From: Gekko japonicus
Lineage: Eukaryota
Reading direction: 5' to 3'
DNA length: 64,000 nucleotides
Assembly (NCBI RefSeq): GCF_001447785.1
Contig: NW_015172553.1
Location: 787,737-851,736, forward strand
Below are positions 23,309 to 37,085 of the stretch, piece after piece (position 1 is the first letter of the stretch; each line of letters opens with the position of its first letter). The notes under the pieces are model-generated. The model had not been told where the DNA came from. It saw nothing but the letters and a program-made list of their open reading frames with translations, and did no database searches. Both the position numbers and the translations under genes were made by a program.

Positions 23309-25045
23309 CAGGGGTATCAAACATGCAGCCCAGGGGCCGGATTAGGCCCTTGGAGGGTTGCAATCTGGCCTGCAAGGCCCTGGCTGCTTCCTGCTTCCTT
23401 CCTTCCTGCTGCTGCTGCTACATCACAGCTTACTTTACCAGACTCTCTCAATCGCACAGGAGAGATAGATAAGCCTCTCCTGTGCGATTGAGAGAGTCTG
23501 GTAAAGCACTTGCTGAGGCTCCTCCCCATCCTCCTCCCAGGGGGAGGGAGGGAACCAGCCAGAGCTCGCTTCCTGGCCAGGCTGCCTCAGTTGTATACAG
23601 GAGACAAAGAGAAGTTTTTCTTTCCTTCCACTGGCTGAGGCTCTTCCCTGAAGGGAGGCAGGGAGGGAGGGAACGAGTGAGAGCTTGCTTTGCTGGGCTG
23701 CCTCAATTGTATGGCAGAAATACCAGGCACCTTTAAGACCAACAAAGTTTTGTTCAAGGTATGAGCTTTTGTGTGCCCTGCTACAGTGTGTGTGTTGAGG
23801 ACCCAGAACCGGTTGGTGGTTCCGGGTCCCCGGGAGGTAAAACTTGCGTTGACCAGGGCTAGATCCTTTTCAGTGGCGGCCACTACCTGGTGGAACGAGC
23901 TCCCGGAGGAGATCAGGGCCCTGCGGGACCTTATGCAGTTCCGCAGGGCCTGCAAAACGGAGCTCTTCCACCAGGCTTTCACGTAGGGGCCGCCGCTACC
24001 ACCACCACCAACGGTGGAAATTCCAACCGGATTTGGATCACTCTGGGAAGTACAGCTTACCCTGTGTGACATCAACATCTACTGGAGAGTGGTACCCCAA
24101 CGGGGCCGACTGAAGATCAGAGACGCCATCATTACCAAAGACCATCTTGCTGTGAAGCACTTATTTATCTACTGCTATATATAATTGCTGCTATGTTTTT
24201 ATTGTTTTATGGATTTTATGTATGGGCTGTAGCCCTCTGTAAGCCGCCCTGAGCCCGCGTGGTAAAAATACCTAAATAAATAAATAAATATTCTGTTGGG
24301 CTTCTCATGCTGTGTATGTGTTTTGTTAGGCTCCTTATGCCAGGGCTCTCCTGGGTGCAACTGGGTTCCCGCCCTCTTTTCATTCTGTTCATGCCCTCAT
24401 GATCCAATCTTTCTCAGTAAGAAAGCAATGTGAACTATTTTAGAGGAGGAAAAACAACAAGCCAGTGAGGTGGATTAGGCTGAGAGTGTGTATCCAGACC
24501 AAGTTCACCCAGCACATTTCCTTTGTAGGAAGTTGTTATTATTTCTCTGGGGAAGACTATAGTTTTGTAGACAAACAGCCCTCAGTCTGTGTCAGGATGC
24601 CTTCTCATGTTCTTGACCAGCAAATGAAGCAACTTATGTACAAAAGCTTGCAATGCCCAGCCATTTCATGCTTCCTTGTGGGTCCTAGGCTCAGAATACT
24701 GGGCATGAGATTTCTATAATGAATGTCAATAAATCAAAAGTAGGTTTGCAGCTTATAGATACACACCTGAACAGCATACTCAAGATTGCTACAGCACAGA
24801 CATTTTGATGCAATAATTCAGAGCAAGAGGTGCCAGTTATCAGAGACTGTTAAATAGACAAAACATTGCAAGAGTGCTAGTGTTTTAAGTATGCTTTATT
24901 TAAAGTTTTAAAAATCTTTGTGTTTGTCTGTGTCCTTTATAAAGTTTGTATCTCTGCTACCTGGCATTACATTTTATGACACAAATGTCCCAGCCCAACA
25001 AATTTATGTCAGATCCAGCCCTCATAAATGAGTTCAACACCCCTG
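23309..25045. mobile_element. hAT (Charlie-like) non-autonomous element with nested inserts
   Basis: TIRs caggggtatcaaac / gttcaacacccctg; approximate TSD ctctatca/(g)ctctgtca; 3' part homologous to 54670-54985. Confidence 0.75.
23795..24290 (+). mobile_element. L2 LINE 3' fragment
   Basis: RLVVPGPREVKLALTRARSFSVAATTWWNELPEEIR...FRRACKTELFHQAF*, then 3'UTR and (AAAT)n tail. Confidence 0.88.
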
Positions 25046-25379
25046 GCTCTGTCATGTTTCCCCTTTGCTTGCTATAATGCAAAGTCCATAGAAAAGGTGT
25101 TCCAATCCCTTAATGATCTTCGTTGCTCTTTTCTATGCTTTTTGCAGCTCTGAAGTATCCTTTTTGAGATATGGCAACCAGAACTGTATACAATATTCCA
25201 AATGAGGTCACACCATAGCCCTATACCAGGGCATGACAGTATTCGTCATTTTATTTTCAATCCCATTCTTAATAACCCTCAGCATGGAGTTTGCCTTTTT
25301 CTCTGGTTCTGCATACTGAGTCAAAATTTTCATCATGTTTTCTACTACAACCACAAGATCTCTTTCAATCTTAGTCCCA

Positions 25380-25520
25380 TAACAAAGTTTGGGTCCAGTG
25401 GCACCTTTAAGACTAACAAAGTTTTATTCAACTGAATAAATCTTTGTTGGTCTTAAAGTTGCCACTGGACCCAAACTTTGTTCTGCTGTTTCAGACCAAC
25501 ACGGCTACCCACCTGAATCT
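25380..25520. mobile_element. Penelope-like fold-back insertion
   Basis: 50-bp inverted arms 25381-25430 / 25433-25482, flanked by aatcttagtccca / aatctcagtccca. Confidence 0.75.
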
Positions 25521-25857
25521 CAGTCCCAGTCAGTTTAGACCCCAACAGCATATACTTAAAGTTTAAAAAAATTGTTCTGGTCAGCAGTATCAATAGTAAA
25601 CTTCATTTGCCAGGTTGTTGCCACTCACCCAACTAGCGGAGATTCTCCAGCAGATCTTCACAATCCACCTTGGTTTACAACATTCTGACATCATCTGCAA
25701 CCTTGGCTTTACAATGCTCACTCCAATTCCAAATAATTTATGAACAAAGTAAATAGCACTGGCTCCAATACCAACCCTTGTGGGACAGCAACAACTGTCT
25801 ATTTATTCCTAATCTCTGCTATTTAAACCACTTAATCCATACTATTATCCCACTAGG

Positions 25858-26505
25858 AATAAGGTCCGTTGTGGAAATAAATACAACAAACTCTAGAAAG
25901 AGGCTCTGGGCAGGTGCCCTGGCCTTGGGCACTCAGTGTCAATTTGCTGTGGTGACCTCAGCAGTGTATAATGACACAGAGCTTACCGTTTTCTCCAGGG
26001 GAACGGATCTCTAAAATCTGAAGAGCAGTTGTAATTCTGAGTGAACTCCATCCCTCCCCTGGAGATTGGCAACAATGGATCCCCATAAGGGAATGGCTGG
26101 TTTGGAGGGTGGAGTCTATGGCATTGTACCAGTCTGAGGTCCCACCCCTCCTCAAACCCCACCGTCTCCAGGCTCCACCCCTCAGATCTCCAGGAATTTC
26201 CCAACCTGGAGTTGGCAACCCTGTCTACTTCCCAGCCAACCATCAACCTACCTTTATCTCTCCTTCTGACTTCAGTTTTCTATCTCTTCCCCCCTTCCTT
26301 CTGGATAACAGTTGTATTTCTAAGTGATCTCCAGCCCTCACCTGGAGATTGGCAACAATGGTTCCCCAGGAGGAAATGGCTGGTTCGGAGGATGGAGTCT
26401 ATGGCACTGTACCTGTCTGAGGTCCCACCCCCTTCTCAAATCCCACACTCTCCAGGCTCTACCCCTCAAATCTCCAGGAATTTCCATACCTAAAGTTGGC
26501 AACTT
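25858..26505. mobile_element. Cluster of hAT MITE (TAGGGTTGCCA family) fragments
   Basis: Two tandem bodies ggagattggcaacaatgg...ggagtctatggca...agttggcaac. 25858-26040 is homologous to 39281-39443. Confidence 0.7.
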
Positions 26506-26979
26506 TATTTCCTCCTCTATCAGCAGCCTTTTCCTAGGCACAAAGTTCTGTCTTTCTTGTTAGTGGGGAGCAAAGCAGCTTACTTCATTCTCCTCTTCTG
26601 CTTTGTGATCTGTACAGCAACCCTGCAAGGTAGGTTAGGCAGAAAGTCTGGGGCTGGTCCAAAATCACCCAGGCAGCTTCCATAGGGAGGCTCCTGTCGC
26701 ATATGGAAGTGACAGTTCCAACTGTCTCGTAGGGGGGAGTTTGAGGTGCGGAATGGAGTGAGGTCCAATCAGCTTCCATTTGCAAATGACCTTGGAACGC
26801 TGGCCCAATCAGAGAAGAGTGGCCTAGGCTGCAGTGGGTGGGAGAGAACTCAAGCAATGCAGTCAGTGGATAGAGACACCTTGTGATTGACACATCACGG
26901 AGCCAACTGATTTTGGCAAGCATAGAACGTTGTGGGACCAAAACTCAATTATATATAAGGACAGGATGGCTGCTTATGC

Positions 26980-27330
26980 AAGAATCTTTGGTGAAGTACT
27001 TTGTCAAAAGCCTTTTGAAGGTCCAAGTATACAATGTCTACTAGATTACCCTTATCAATTTGCTTGTTAATCTGTAAAGGACCTCCCTTTACAGAAGCAA
27101 TCTCAATTCTTCTACAATAGAGCTTATTCCTCTTTTGTGTTTAAGAATTATTTCTAATCTTTGGTGAAGTACGTTGTCAAAAGCCTTTTGAAGGTCCAAG
27201 TATATAATGCCTACCAGATTATACTTATCAATTTGCTTGTTAATCTGTAAAGGACCTCTCTTTACAGAAGCCATCTCAGTTCTTCTACAGTAGATCTTAT
27301 TTCTCTTTTGTGTTTAAGAATTCTCTCTAA
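26980..27330 (-). repeat. ~173-bp diverged tandem duplication of a CR1 RT fragment
   Basis: tttggtgaagtac.ttgtcaaaagccttttgaaggtccaagtat... occurs twice with scattered mismatches; translates IYLDLQKAFDNV on the minus strand. Confidence 0.85.
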
Positions 27331-27850
27331 TCACAGAACCATAGCGTTGGAAGGGACCTCCAGGGTCATCTAGTCCAAGCCCCTGCACAAGGCAGGAAAT
27401 TCACAAATACCTCCCTCCCCACACCCCTAGTGACTGCTGTTCAATGCCCAGAAGATGACAAAAAACCTTCAGGATCCCTGGCCAAACTGGCCTGGAGAAA
27501 AATTGCTTCCTGACCCCAGAGTGGCAATCAGCATTTCCCCGGGCATGTAAGAAAGGGCCACAAGAACTAAGCACTGATGCAACCCTTCCTGCCCTCCCTC
27601 TCATGATCTGCCTAAATTCACACAATCAGCATTGCTGTCTGATGGCCATCTAGCCTCTGTTTGAAAACTTCCAAAGAAGGAGAGCCCACCACCTCCCGAG
27701 GAAGCCCGTTCCACTGAGAAACCACTCAGGAAGTTCTAGTGTTTAGCCGAAAACGCCTTTGATTTAATTTCAACCTGTTCAACAGAAAACAACTTCATAC
27801 CATCCTCTATATGACAGCCCTTCAAGAACTTGAAGATGGTTATCATCATA
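27331..27850 (-). mobile_element. CR1 3' end (second subfamily)
   Basis: cacagaaccatagcgttggaagggacctccagggtcatctagtcca... typical CR1 3'UTR, followed by ORF2 remnants. Confidence 0.8.
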
Positions 27851-30800
27851 ACAGATTCCACCAATTTATTTGGAATGGACATTAGCTAACCAGCTTGTAA
27901 TCTCCTCTGGATCCCTTCTTTAAAATCAGTATGTTTGCTATTGTTTGCTATTGTTTATAATCCTCTGGAAGCTAAATTTATTTTAGGAATAACTTGCATA
28001 TTAAGTGATAACTTTGCATTTGAGTTCCTTAAAACCCTGTGGTATTTGGCATCATAACCTGGTGACTTTTTAGTTTTTAGGTTATCCATCAGCTGTCACC
28101 AGGACAGCTAAAAACAATTCATTCCATTTCTCTGCAATGTCCCAGCTCTCCTGGAGCAATCCTCTCATGTCATCTAAGAGCTCCACTGCCTCCCTAGCCA
28201 GTTTCCTGCTTCTAATGCATTTAAAGTAGTTCTTTAAATTGAATTAGAAACACACTCCATTCAGTCAACATAATACAAATTACAGCCCTGAATTTTTGGT
28301 GTTTGGCTTCCAAAAACCAAACTAAAGAAGACCAACTGCCCACTAACCAACTACTAAGAAATATGCCATAATACATATTGTTGTGCCATCATCCTGCTGT
28401 GTCTGGTATTTCAACAAATCCATCAACTGACAGCACGGTAAAATATTTTCACATATTTTTCTAGAAGTATTTGAGCTGAAGATGTTATTAAGCAAACTCA
28501 CTTGGCAAATAAAGTAACACAGGAAGGGGGACAATTATCTAAACAAGAAGACTCTAGCACCTGTTAGCTCTTCTACAAGTTTACCATACAAATTTTTCCA
28601 GCAGTTAAGTGTGGAATTCTCCAGATTCCTAAGGTAGGCACAACTTCCCACTGACACGTCACAGCTCTGGAAGTGGGAGAATAGAACATCCCAGTACCTT
28701 GATAAACTGGTTTCATGCCCATCAAGATTACTCAGTTTAAGAGACTATCATCTAGGATGGGATTGGGTGAGCAATCTCTATCAGAATCTTTTGACTTGTA
28801 GAACTCAGTGAACTTTTCAGTTTCTTGATGGATAGACAAATGAGGGAAGAAATCTGAGTGCTGCAGAGAGAAACAGCTCCCGTTTTATACACAAGAAAGG
28901 TAAGTGAAATCAATTTCATATTTTTCTACTTTCAGTTTATTCACCCTCCTTTATCCCCTTACAACCTCTATCCTATATAGACTGTGAATGTTTGGGATAG
29001 GCATAAATGCATTCAGGAGTTGATGGAAACACTGAAGAAGCACAGAGCATACTAAACAAAGACTATCCCTCCTCATCCCTAGCCACTCACCACCAACAGG
29101 TCATAGTCCCTTCTGCCCCAAAGCCCCATGTTGATATTTTACACAAGAGCAGTGAGAAGAACATACATCAACATTTCAGGCACCAAAGCTGCTTCATGAA
29201 TGGACTAAGGATAATTTTTATAAACTTGTGGCAGTTTTGACAACATAGCAACTCAATACAGCCGCAGCTGAACAGAAATTAAAATAGGCTGGCTGTTGGC
29301 TGCCACCCTCACACTTTCAGTTCCTGCCCTCAAATTCCTGTGACTGTTTTAGTGAACTGGGGGAAAGGGGGGGAGGGCACAGAGAGAATGTTGGCAGAGC
29401 CATATGCTCAATGATCAATACCTTGAGCTAACTTATTCAGGCTTTTATTGGTTTCCCATGAAATCATAACTGCATTTATATAAATAAAGTGGCATATATT
29501 TGTGTACATGGAATAAAAAATAGAATATATATTGGAACAGCAAAAAAAGAGCCTGAAATAGATAAGCTCTAAATGTTAACTGACACAAACTGTGTATTAT
29601 ATTACATCAAGTTTACCATTAACTATTACAACACGGAACTTCAAAAGCACCTGAAAATCTTCTGCTGCAACCTTCAGCACGTAGAAGTATATCCAGTACA
29701 TTCACCCACACTAATTATTATTTGGCTTTTGATCTGCTTTGAGCAACTTGCAAGGAAGACCTGTAGGAATAAAGCTTTCTTCAATTGTGTACCATCCTTC
29801 TGTGTTATAGAGCACATATAGATCAGGTTCCAAGCCAACTGGAATATATCCATATCCACTGTACTTTGTGGCATAAGATGCTATAAACTAGGCTATAACC
29901 AGTGGAGGTAATGCATACAAGCCACAGGCTGCACATCATTATAAGAAACATTCCATTCTTCTGTTGCAACTCTTTTGAAGAGTTTTCTTAAAAGAAAAAA
30001 CAAGATTGAGAAAATGAAGATTTCTTATTGTACTAACAAGCAGAAGACCTGAAACAAACTGGAATGCAAAAGCTCCATTCCCAACTTCTTCAGCGTCCAC
30101 TGGTAATGGAAGAAAGAAGCTGAGGCTCCATCCACAGCAAGATGAGAACTCAGGTTCCCACGCATGCCTCACAGAGAAGATTTTAAATATATTTATATAT
30201 TCCACACATAGTGGAAGCCATTTAAAAGCTCGTACTTTGCATGTGTACACACACACATTCTAACCACTGCATCACAAAGAATTATAACATTTCTTAAAGT
30301 ACATAGTACTTCAGAATATTCAAAGTGTTTCACATACATCATCTTACTGTAATATTTAAAACAATTTTAAAATTATTATTGATTTATCCTGTCCTCCTTC
30401 TAGAGAGCTCATAGTGGTATACATGGTGTGCCTCCTCTCCTCTTGCTTTATTCTCACAACTGTTTTGTGAAGTGGGTTAGGCTGAAAGAATGATCAGCCC
30501 AAAATCACAGAATCACGAAGGGCTCCAAGATGCAATCCTGAAAGTTCTGTGAACAGAGCTTTCAGCATATTTCCCCTCTAAAAAATCAGACACAGACGGG
30601 CCCAATTCAGGTCTTCCCCACCAACACCATTTTCCAAATTGGAAATGGCCCCAGGGAGTCACTACTTACTTCGTCAGGGTAAACATGCAGAAACCCATAT
30701 CAGTACCTGCATTCTCCCTTATAATGGGGTAAGCTGCAACTCCTCAAGGTTGATTTTGTCTGGAAAACAGCATGAGAGGAAGGTTTAAATCCCTGCTTCC

Positions 30801-31212
30801 CTCATGCTAAAGTCCAATCTGAATCAGGGCCCTAACTTTTAGAGTAAAAGCAACACAGGGAGCTCTTTTCTCAGAATTCCCAGTATCATATCTATCTGAG
30901 GACCAAACTAGACATTACATCATCCATGAGTCCAACCCATGGATGCTGGGATTTTAGAGCTGAACCTGCACTATTCCAAAATGTTGCAAGGGCCCTATTG
31001 GACCTGCAGCACAGTGGGACTACTAGACTTTCACCATCCTACAGTGCGCCTGCCATTCCCCCCACCCCCAGTTTTTTCCAGTGGAAAAATTGGAAATTTG
31101 GGGAAGTACTGAAAAAAACCTCATAAAATATTGTGTCCTTTAGAATGAATGAAATGCTGTAGACATATACAACTCTTAAATACAAGATGCATTTCTGCAC
31201 CTAGAAGGATAC

Positions 31213-31368
31213 CTGATCTTCAAGAAGGCAGCGTTCACGGCTTTCATTTCTTCTGTGGCCCTTTGGACCTGACTGTTCCCTTGTGACCGACTTTTTCACC
31301 TCTCCCTCAAATCACTATGACACACATACCCACAGATTGGGTATCACCTAGCTTACTGCCCTACCTTG
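31213..31368 (-). other. Candidate non-coding internal 5'UTR exon (156 nt)
   Basis: Acceptor ccttctaatctttttccccctccag| with branch-like CTAAT, and donor CAG|GTATCC, in unique sequence between the promoter and the ATG exon. Splice signals only. Confidence 0.3.
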
Positions 31369-33803
31369 CTGGAGGGGGAAAAGATTAGAAGGAGGTGGGG
31401 CAGAAATTGCACCAAAGTCTCAGAAAAAAACTCTGAAAGTTTCACTGAGAACTGAGCTCTCTCTAACCAGTAGTTACAGAAAGAAGAAGACACCATCTAC
31501 CTGGAACTACATCTAGCTGTCCAGATATTATTATTGACCCTTTGTGTGATTCTTTTTTTCTGACGAAATAATATATTTCATGTAATTTAACACAAGGCTT
31601 GCATTTTCTGTTTAACATTTTTCTGTCTCCTGCCCACCACTTCTCTCTTGCAAATGCTCTTCCACCCCACTTTACATGTGGGAAGCAAACACAGGATCAG
31701 GACTCTCATGTTTGCTACCAACCATACAGTTCCAGCCAAAAACTAGTGCTAAACCTCAGTATTCAGTACTGACCCAATTTCAAATTTCTCTGTTGGAAAA
31801 CTGGAAAAGTATTCAAAGGAAAAACCTTGGGTTGAGCTTTTTTGGTCCCCCCCTCCATGTCTTCACAAATTTAACTGCGATATTACTCTCTCAATAAACC
31901 TGTACATGTAGATTTTCTCCAAACTTTTTTCAAATCCAGAGAAAAATTAGATATACCCTTCTTTGTAGAGACCCACATGCTGAGCTGCCTCCCCCAGTGA
32001 TTTTCCAGACATTCTACAAATTACTTGTCATAACAGCTTTCTGAAGAAACTAATTTTGATTATATTTAGTATAACAGATGCTTTGTTCCAAGACAGGAAA
32101 AGTTATTGAATGATCTATAAAAGCAAACATGAGCCAATCCAGAACAACAACAACAACAAAACCTTAAGTAGGTAAGATGCTATCTTTTAAAAACAAATTC
32201 TAGTGGTGAAATTGCACATAGTCTTCAAAGTTATCTTAAGCTCTTCCCAAGACAGAAAGAGTGCTGAGCTACTCAAGTTCTTCACCAACAGCACCTCCTC
32301 ACATATCAAGTACCACACTCAGAGACAGCAACAACTACCTATGCCAAGCAAAGCAGAAATGTGTCAAAAGTGATGCGCCAGCTCTCACTATAATAAATTA
32401 TTCAGAACCAAGACAGTCAGTGCTTAGAGAAATCATACTAGCAGAGTTTGAAATTGTACTTTTTGTTGTTGTTCAGTCGCACAGTCGAGTCTACACATTT
32501 CATTCAGTTCAGGAAGGCTTTACACCCCCATAGTTCCAAGGGGAATGTGTTGATCTCTTTTCCCAGGCCATCAGGATGCATTACATAGAAAATATTTCAT
32601 TCAGTCCCAATTTTACAACATGGAAGGATTACAAGGAAAATATGAGATCTTTTCAATTCAGGTCAGAGGCAATGACCCAGTAAAGAATGATTATGCAAGC
32701 CAGTCCTTGAATGAAGGATACACAATTGGCCTCCCGAAAATGAAAACTAGTACATAATTACAACCAACCTTGTGACAACTCAGATTGAGACATAGCATCT
32801 TGTGGGTAAAATATGCCAGTTGTGAAATATCTCACATAGTAGGTATTTCTTTATTTGACAACTCCACCAAGATCAGATGCTGACAGAGATAGTCCCACCA
32901 TGGAGGCAAGGTGAAGCAGTTGCCAAGTTTGGGTCTTACTGAAGGCAGCAAAATGAAAGTCAATGGATTCAGTGCATGAAACATACCCCACTAGAAAGCA
33001 TATTGTTCAGGCACCCCAACACCTTTGGGACAATCCTGGAAGCAGATTTCAGATTATTTTTTGGATTCTACAACAGGCATTTCTACATGTGCCAGAGGCA
33101 GCAGCCTTCCAGCTTATGTGAAAGATAAACAAAGAATATGTTTAAATTTCATATCTGCAAAAAAAAATGGAAAGTCATAGCATCTTATTGGCACAACAGA
33201 CACAACAATTATCTCAGAATTGTTTTTACTACAGAATATGAGAAGCATAACTTCATGTCATAAACTTCTCATAGAAGTCAAAATATTATTCTGAAGTACA
33301 TTTCTGCATTCATGAATATTGCAAGATCCGTGTTTGTCCTGAACTGAAAAAAACTGCGAAGGTGAAACAAAGCTAGAACAATTAGTAGCACTGTCTTGAA
33401 TGCTTGACTGATGAATTTTGGCACAATCCAGCAAGCATATGTTATAGCTAGCCCTACTTTAACCAAGCTGCTTTCTAAGAAATCGGTTTTCCATTGCTAA
33501 AACTAGCCCTACTCCGCAGCTATTAAGTAGCTTGGAAACTCAATACAGATTATTTTAATGACAATATAACCCCCTACCTGTTTTTCAATCCCAGCCCTAC
33601 TGCATTATGTTGTTTTACTAGGAATCTTCAAATGTCATCATATTTTGTATTATCATACTTGCAATCAGGCTTTAGTCCTAGTGACTGGGTTGCCAGGTTC
33701 CACCTGGCCACCAGCAGGAGATGAGCAGGTAGCATTGCCAGATCCAGGTTGGGAAACTCCTGGAGATGTAGGGGTGGAGTCTGGGGAGGACAGGGACTTC
33801 AGT

Positions 33804-36800
33804 GAATGAATTTTTATTATGGCATCCAGCCAGAGCAATCCAAACACCCCACCAAGGGGCAGCAAAATAAAACATCACAAACTACACAATATAAAAATAT
33901 AAAAATATAGAATACATATAACAGATTCACTAAAAAAAAAAACACTAAAAAGGAGAGAAATGCGATTTTATAAGTTAAGCTGTCCTTTTCTAATGCAACA
34001 GCATGCCACCCAAAATTTAGCCACAATCTTAGTAATAGAGTGATTTTCATCAGATAACATTTTATTACAACACTCCGAGGCTGTCTGCCCAGGCATCGCT
34101 TTAATAAGAGATTGAACTAATCTATCTCAAGCTTCATTGTACCACTTACATCTAAACATCATATGTTCAATAGTTTCTACCTCCTCAGACTCACATTTAC
34201 AAAGTCTCTGTGCAAGGGGAACTCTTCTATATCTGCCCTCAAGCACTGCAGAGGGGAGAGCCTCACATCTAGCTAGTGTGAAGGCTTTCCTATATTTACT
34301 TATATCAAGGTGTGTTAAATATGCCATCAGAGCTGAACGATATCTAATTTGATTAGGCACTCTGAATTTAGGATATCTATCAAGATCCGCTTGTCTCTCT
34401 GTATCCATTATTCTCTGTTTTAGAGCTATCTTAGCCTGATTCCAGCTCATATCTAGGATCGCCTCAGGGGAGAATCCCAGTAATTGTAATTTATTGTGCA
34501 CTGATTTCAACCATTTAGATTGAAAATTATCCGATCGTAACAAATGGACTAATCCCTCAGGTTGAAAATTCATTTTAAGCCAATAATGGAGTGAGGCCAA
34601 AGTAATTTTGGCTTCCATCTTCAAGGTACCAGTTTCCAATCTTATTAGTGCATTCGGGACACATCTCGGGACCTGAAGGATAGCTCTAAGAAATTTGGTT
34701 TGAACCCTCTCAAGAGCAGCAAAACTGGAAGAAGAGGGGCCAACTAAGGTGCCATAGAGCATTTGTGCAGCTGCCTTTGCCTGAAAAAGTTTTTGAGCCG
34801 CTGGAACGAAAAGAACTCCTTTTGTATGATAAAACTTAAGGATGTTATTGGCAGTTCTTTCACCTTGCATCGCCACATACTGAATGTGGGCATTTTTGGC
34901 CCCTGAAGATTGAAGGACTATGCCTAAATATTTAAAACAGGAGACCTGCTCAATGGAAGGCCCGTTAATCGACCAGGTCCTTTTCTTTTGTCTAGTGCCA
35001 AAGGCCATAACCTTGGTCTTTTGGTAGTTAATTTCAAGTTCCTTCTTCATGCAAAAGTCAGCAAATCTCTTGAGGGCTCTCCTAAGGCCCACAGGTGTTC
35101 TAGCTAGCAGTATGGCATCATCTGCATACAACAGGACAGAGATATGTAGTTGTTGTAATTTTGGTGGGTGTAAACTAGGTGAGTCCAAATCCCTTACTAT
35201 ATCATTAATGTAGAAATTGAACAGAAAAGGCGCTAATAGGCAACCTTCCCTGACTCCCCTGTGAGTCTTAATAGCATCTGATAGATCTCCATTCCTATTT
35301 AACCTAACCCTCAACTGAGTATTATTATGCAGAGCACAGAGTAGGAAAAGGAGATGCTTATCTATTGTAGAAATTTCTAATTTGGCCCCCAATTTTGATC
35401 TTGAAATGGAATCAAAAGCTGCTTTCAGATCTACAAAGGCGGTAAATAATGATGGACCTTTTGCAGCATATTTCTCTATAAGATGCTGAATGGTAAGGCA
35501 ATGGTCCAGGTTAGATCTGTGTTCTCTGAATCCTGCTTGCTCTGTTACAATTATATTTTCTTGACACAACTAGGTGTCTAAAAGGTGTCTAGCATATAAC
35601 TTGCTGGAGATGTTTAGTAAACTTACAGGCCGATAGTTTGCAGGCTCATGTCTTTTCCCTTTCTTAAATATGGGTACTACTATTGCTGTATTCCATTCTG
35701 GGGGAATGAGACCAGATGAATCAATGAAGGTAAAGAGGGCTGCAAGAAAGGGTGCCCACCAATCAATAAGTTCTTTAAAAAATTCAGGTGGTAATCTATC
35801 TGACCCAGGCGCCTTACCTGATTTCAGCTGTGTAATATAAGATTTAATTTCGTCTGGGGAGACAGATGGCCATGGGGGCAGACTCTCAAGGTCGCCAGAT
35901 GTGCTTGGTAATGAAGTAAGGTCCTTATATAGTTGATTATTGGAGGTATTGGAGGATCTAATTGATGAAAAAGACTTTGTTTCTTATCTGAAAACAATTG
36001 CCAAAACAGGGAAGAATTTTTCTATTTAGCAGCTGAAATTAATTCAGACCATAACAAATTGGTATAGTTTTTCTTTTTTTGAGCAATTAAATGTTATAAG
36101 CCTTTTTTTGGGACCAGAGCTCTTGCTGAATTTCCATTCTTAAACTACTATTTGCTTTCTTAAATGAATGATAAAGAGCTGAAAGGACTCTTCTGGCTCT
36201 TTGACAATCTAAATCAAACCACGGTTTAGAGTTTTTCTGGGAGTTTAAAGGTTGACGTTTAGTTCCAGATAGAATAGTTTTAAATTCTTGAATGAGTTTG
36301 CTATATATTAATAAAGGGTCATTCTGTAAATTAGGTTCCCGGCAGATCTTTACCAATTGTATGAAGATCTTTATCATCAATCACCTCTCTAAGCTTCCTT
36401 TGTATCTGAGGTGACCATCTATCTACAGCTTAATGTTAGTGAAGATCCTTCACATACTGAGAGAGAGGGCTGCATTTTAGGTTGGAAGACAGATTGAAAC
36501 TGGAGAAATAAAGGAAAAGGATCACTTTCAAAATATGGGAGTACTTTAAAATTATTAACTAAAGGCAGTAAGGAGGTGCAAACCAGCATATAATCCATAG
36601 TGCTAAATCTCTGGCCTGACATATAAGTATATTCTGCTGGATGGTCCTCAGGAAAAGTACCATTTAGAATATAGAGTCCCAACTTGGAGGCCACTTTAGC
36701 TAAATATAAGCCAGAGAAATTAGCAGTTTGGTCTTTAAATAGCCTGGGAAGGGGAAAATGCTAAAGTGGATCATTGAGATCGCTAAAAAACTCTTTATAT

Positions 36801-37085
36801 TTAAATTCAAGACTTGCATCATCAGGTCCGAGTCGGGCATTAAAATCTCCGAGGAGAAGTACACTGGCCTTCGGATGATCCATTAAAATCTTTACTATAT
36901 AATTTTCTAATGAAGACTAAACTTCAACTTTTGGGATCTTGAGGAAAGAGGAGGGATATAAGCATTAATTAAACTATACTGTTTGCCTTGGTTTGTAAAA
37001 CTACCGCCATAGCTATTGAGTCAAGTGGTGATTTTTTTACACATTCAGCATGCAGGGATGTTGAAATTAATAATGCCAACCCTTC
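33804..37085 (-). mobile_element. RTE-X-like LINE, 5'-truncated, inserted in a hAT MITE (33686-33803)
   Basis: APE endonuclease remnants (LLGDFNARLG, LNGTFPED...STMDYML), RT (FVDLKAAFDSI, GCLLAPFLFNFYI, LLYADD) and C-terminal RLCKC...ETIEHMMFRC; short (ATTC) tail. Clade assignment is from memory of the C-terminus. Confidence 0.8.
34127..35569 (-). pseudogene. RT and zinc-knuckle part of LINE ORF2 (480-aa open segment)
   Basis: QAGFR, YADD, FKYLGI and CCHC-like motifs. Confidence 0.9.

Larger units (their letters stand above)
22929..25870 (-). mobile_element. Old CR1 split by a hAT element and a Penelope hairpin
   Basis: CR1 3'UTR and ORF2 remnants at 22929-23308 continue at 25046-25870 (ccagaactgtatacaatattccaaatgaggtc, cagcatggagtttgcc). 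Confidence 0.75.
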
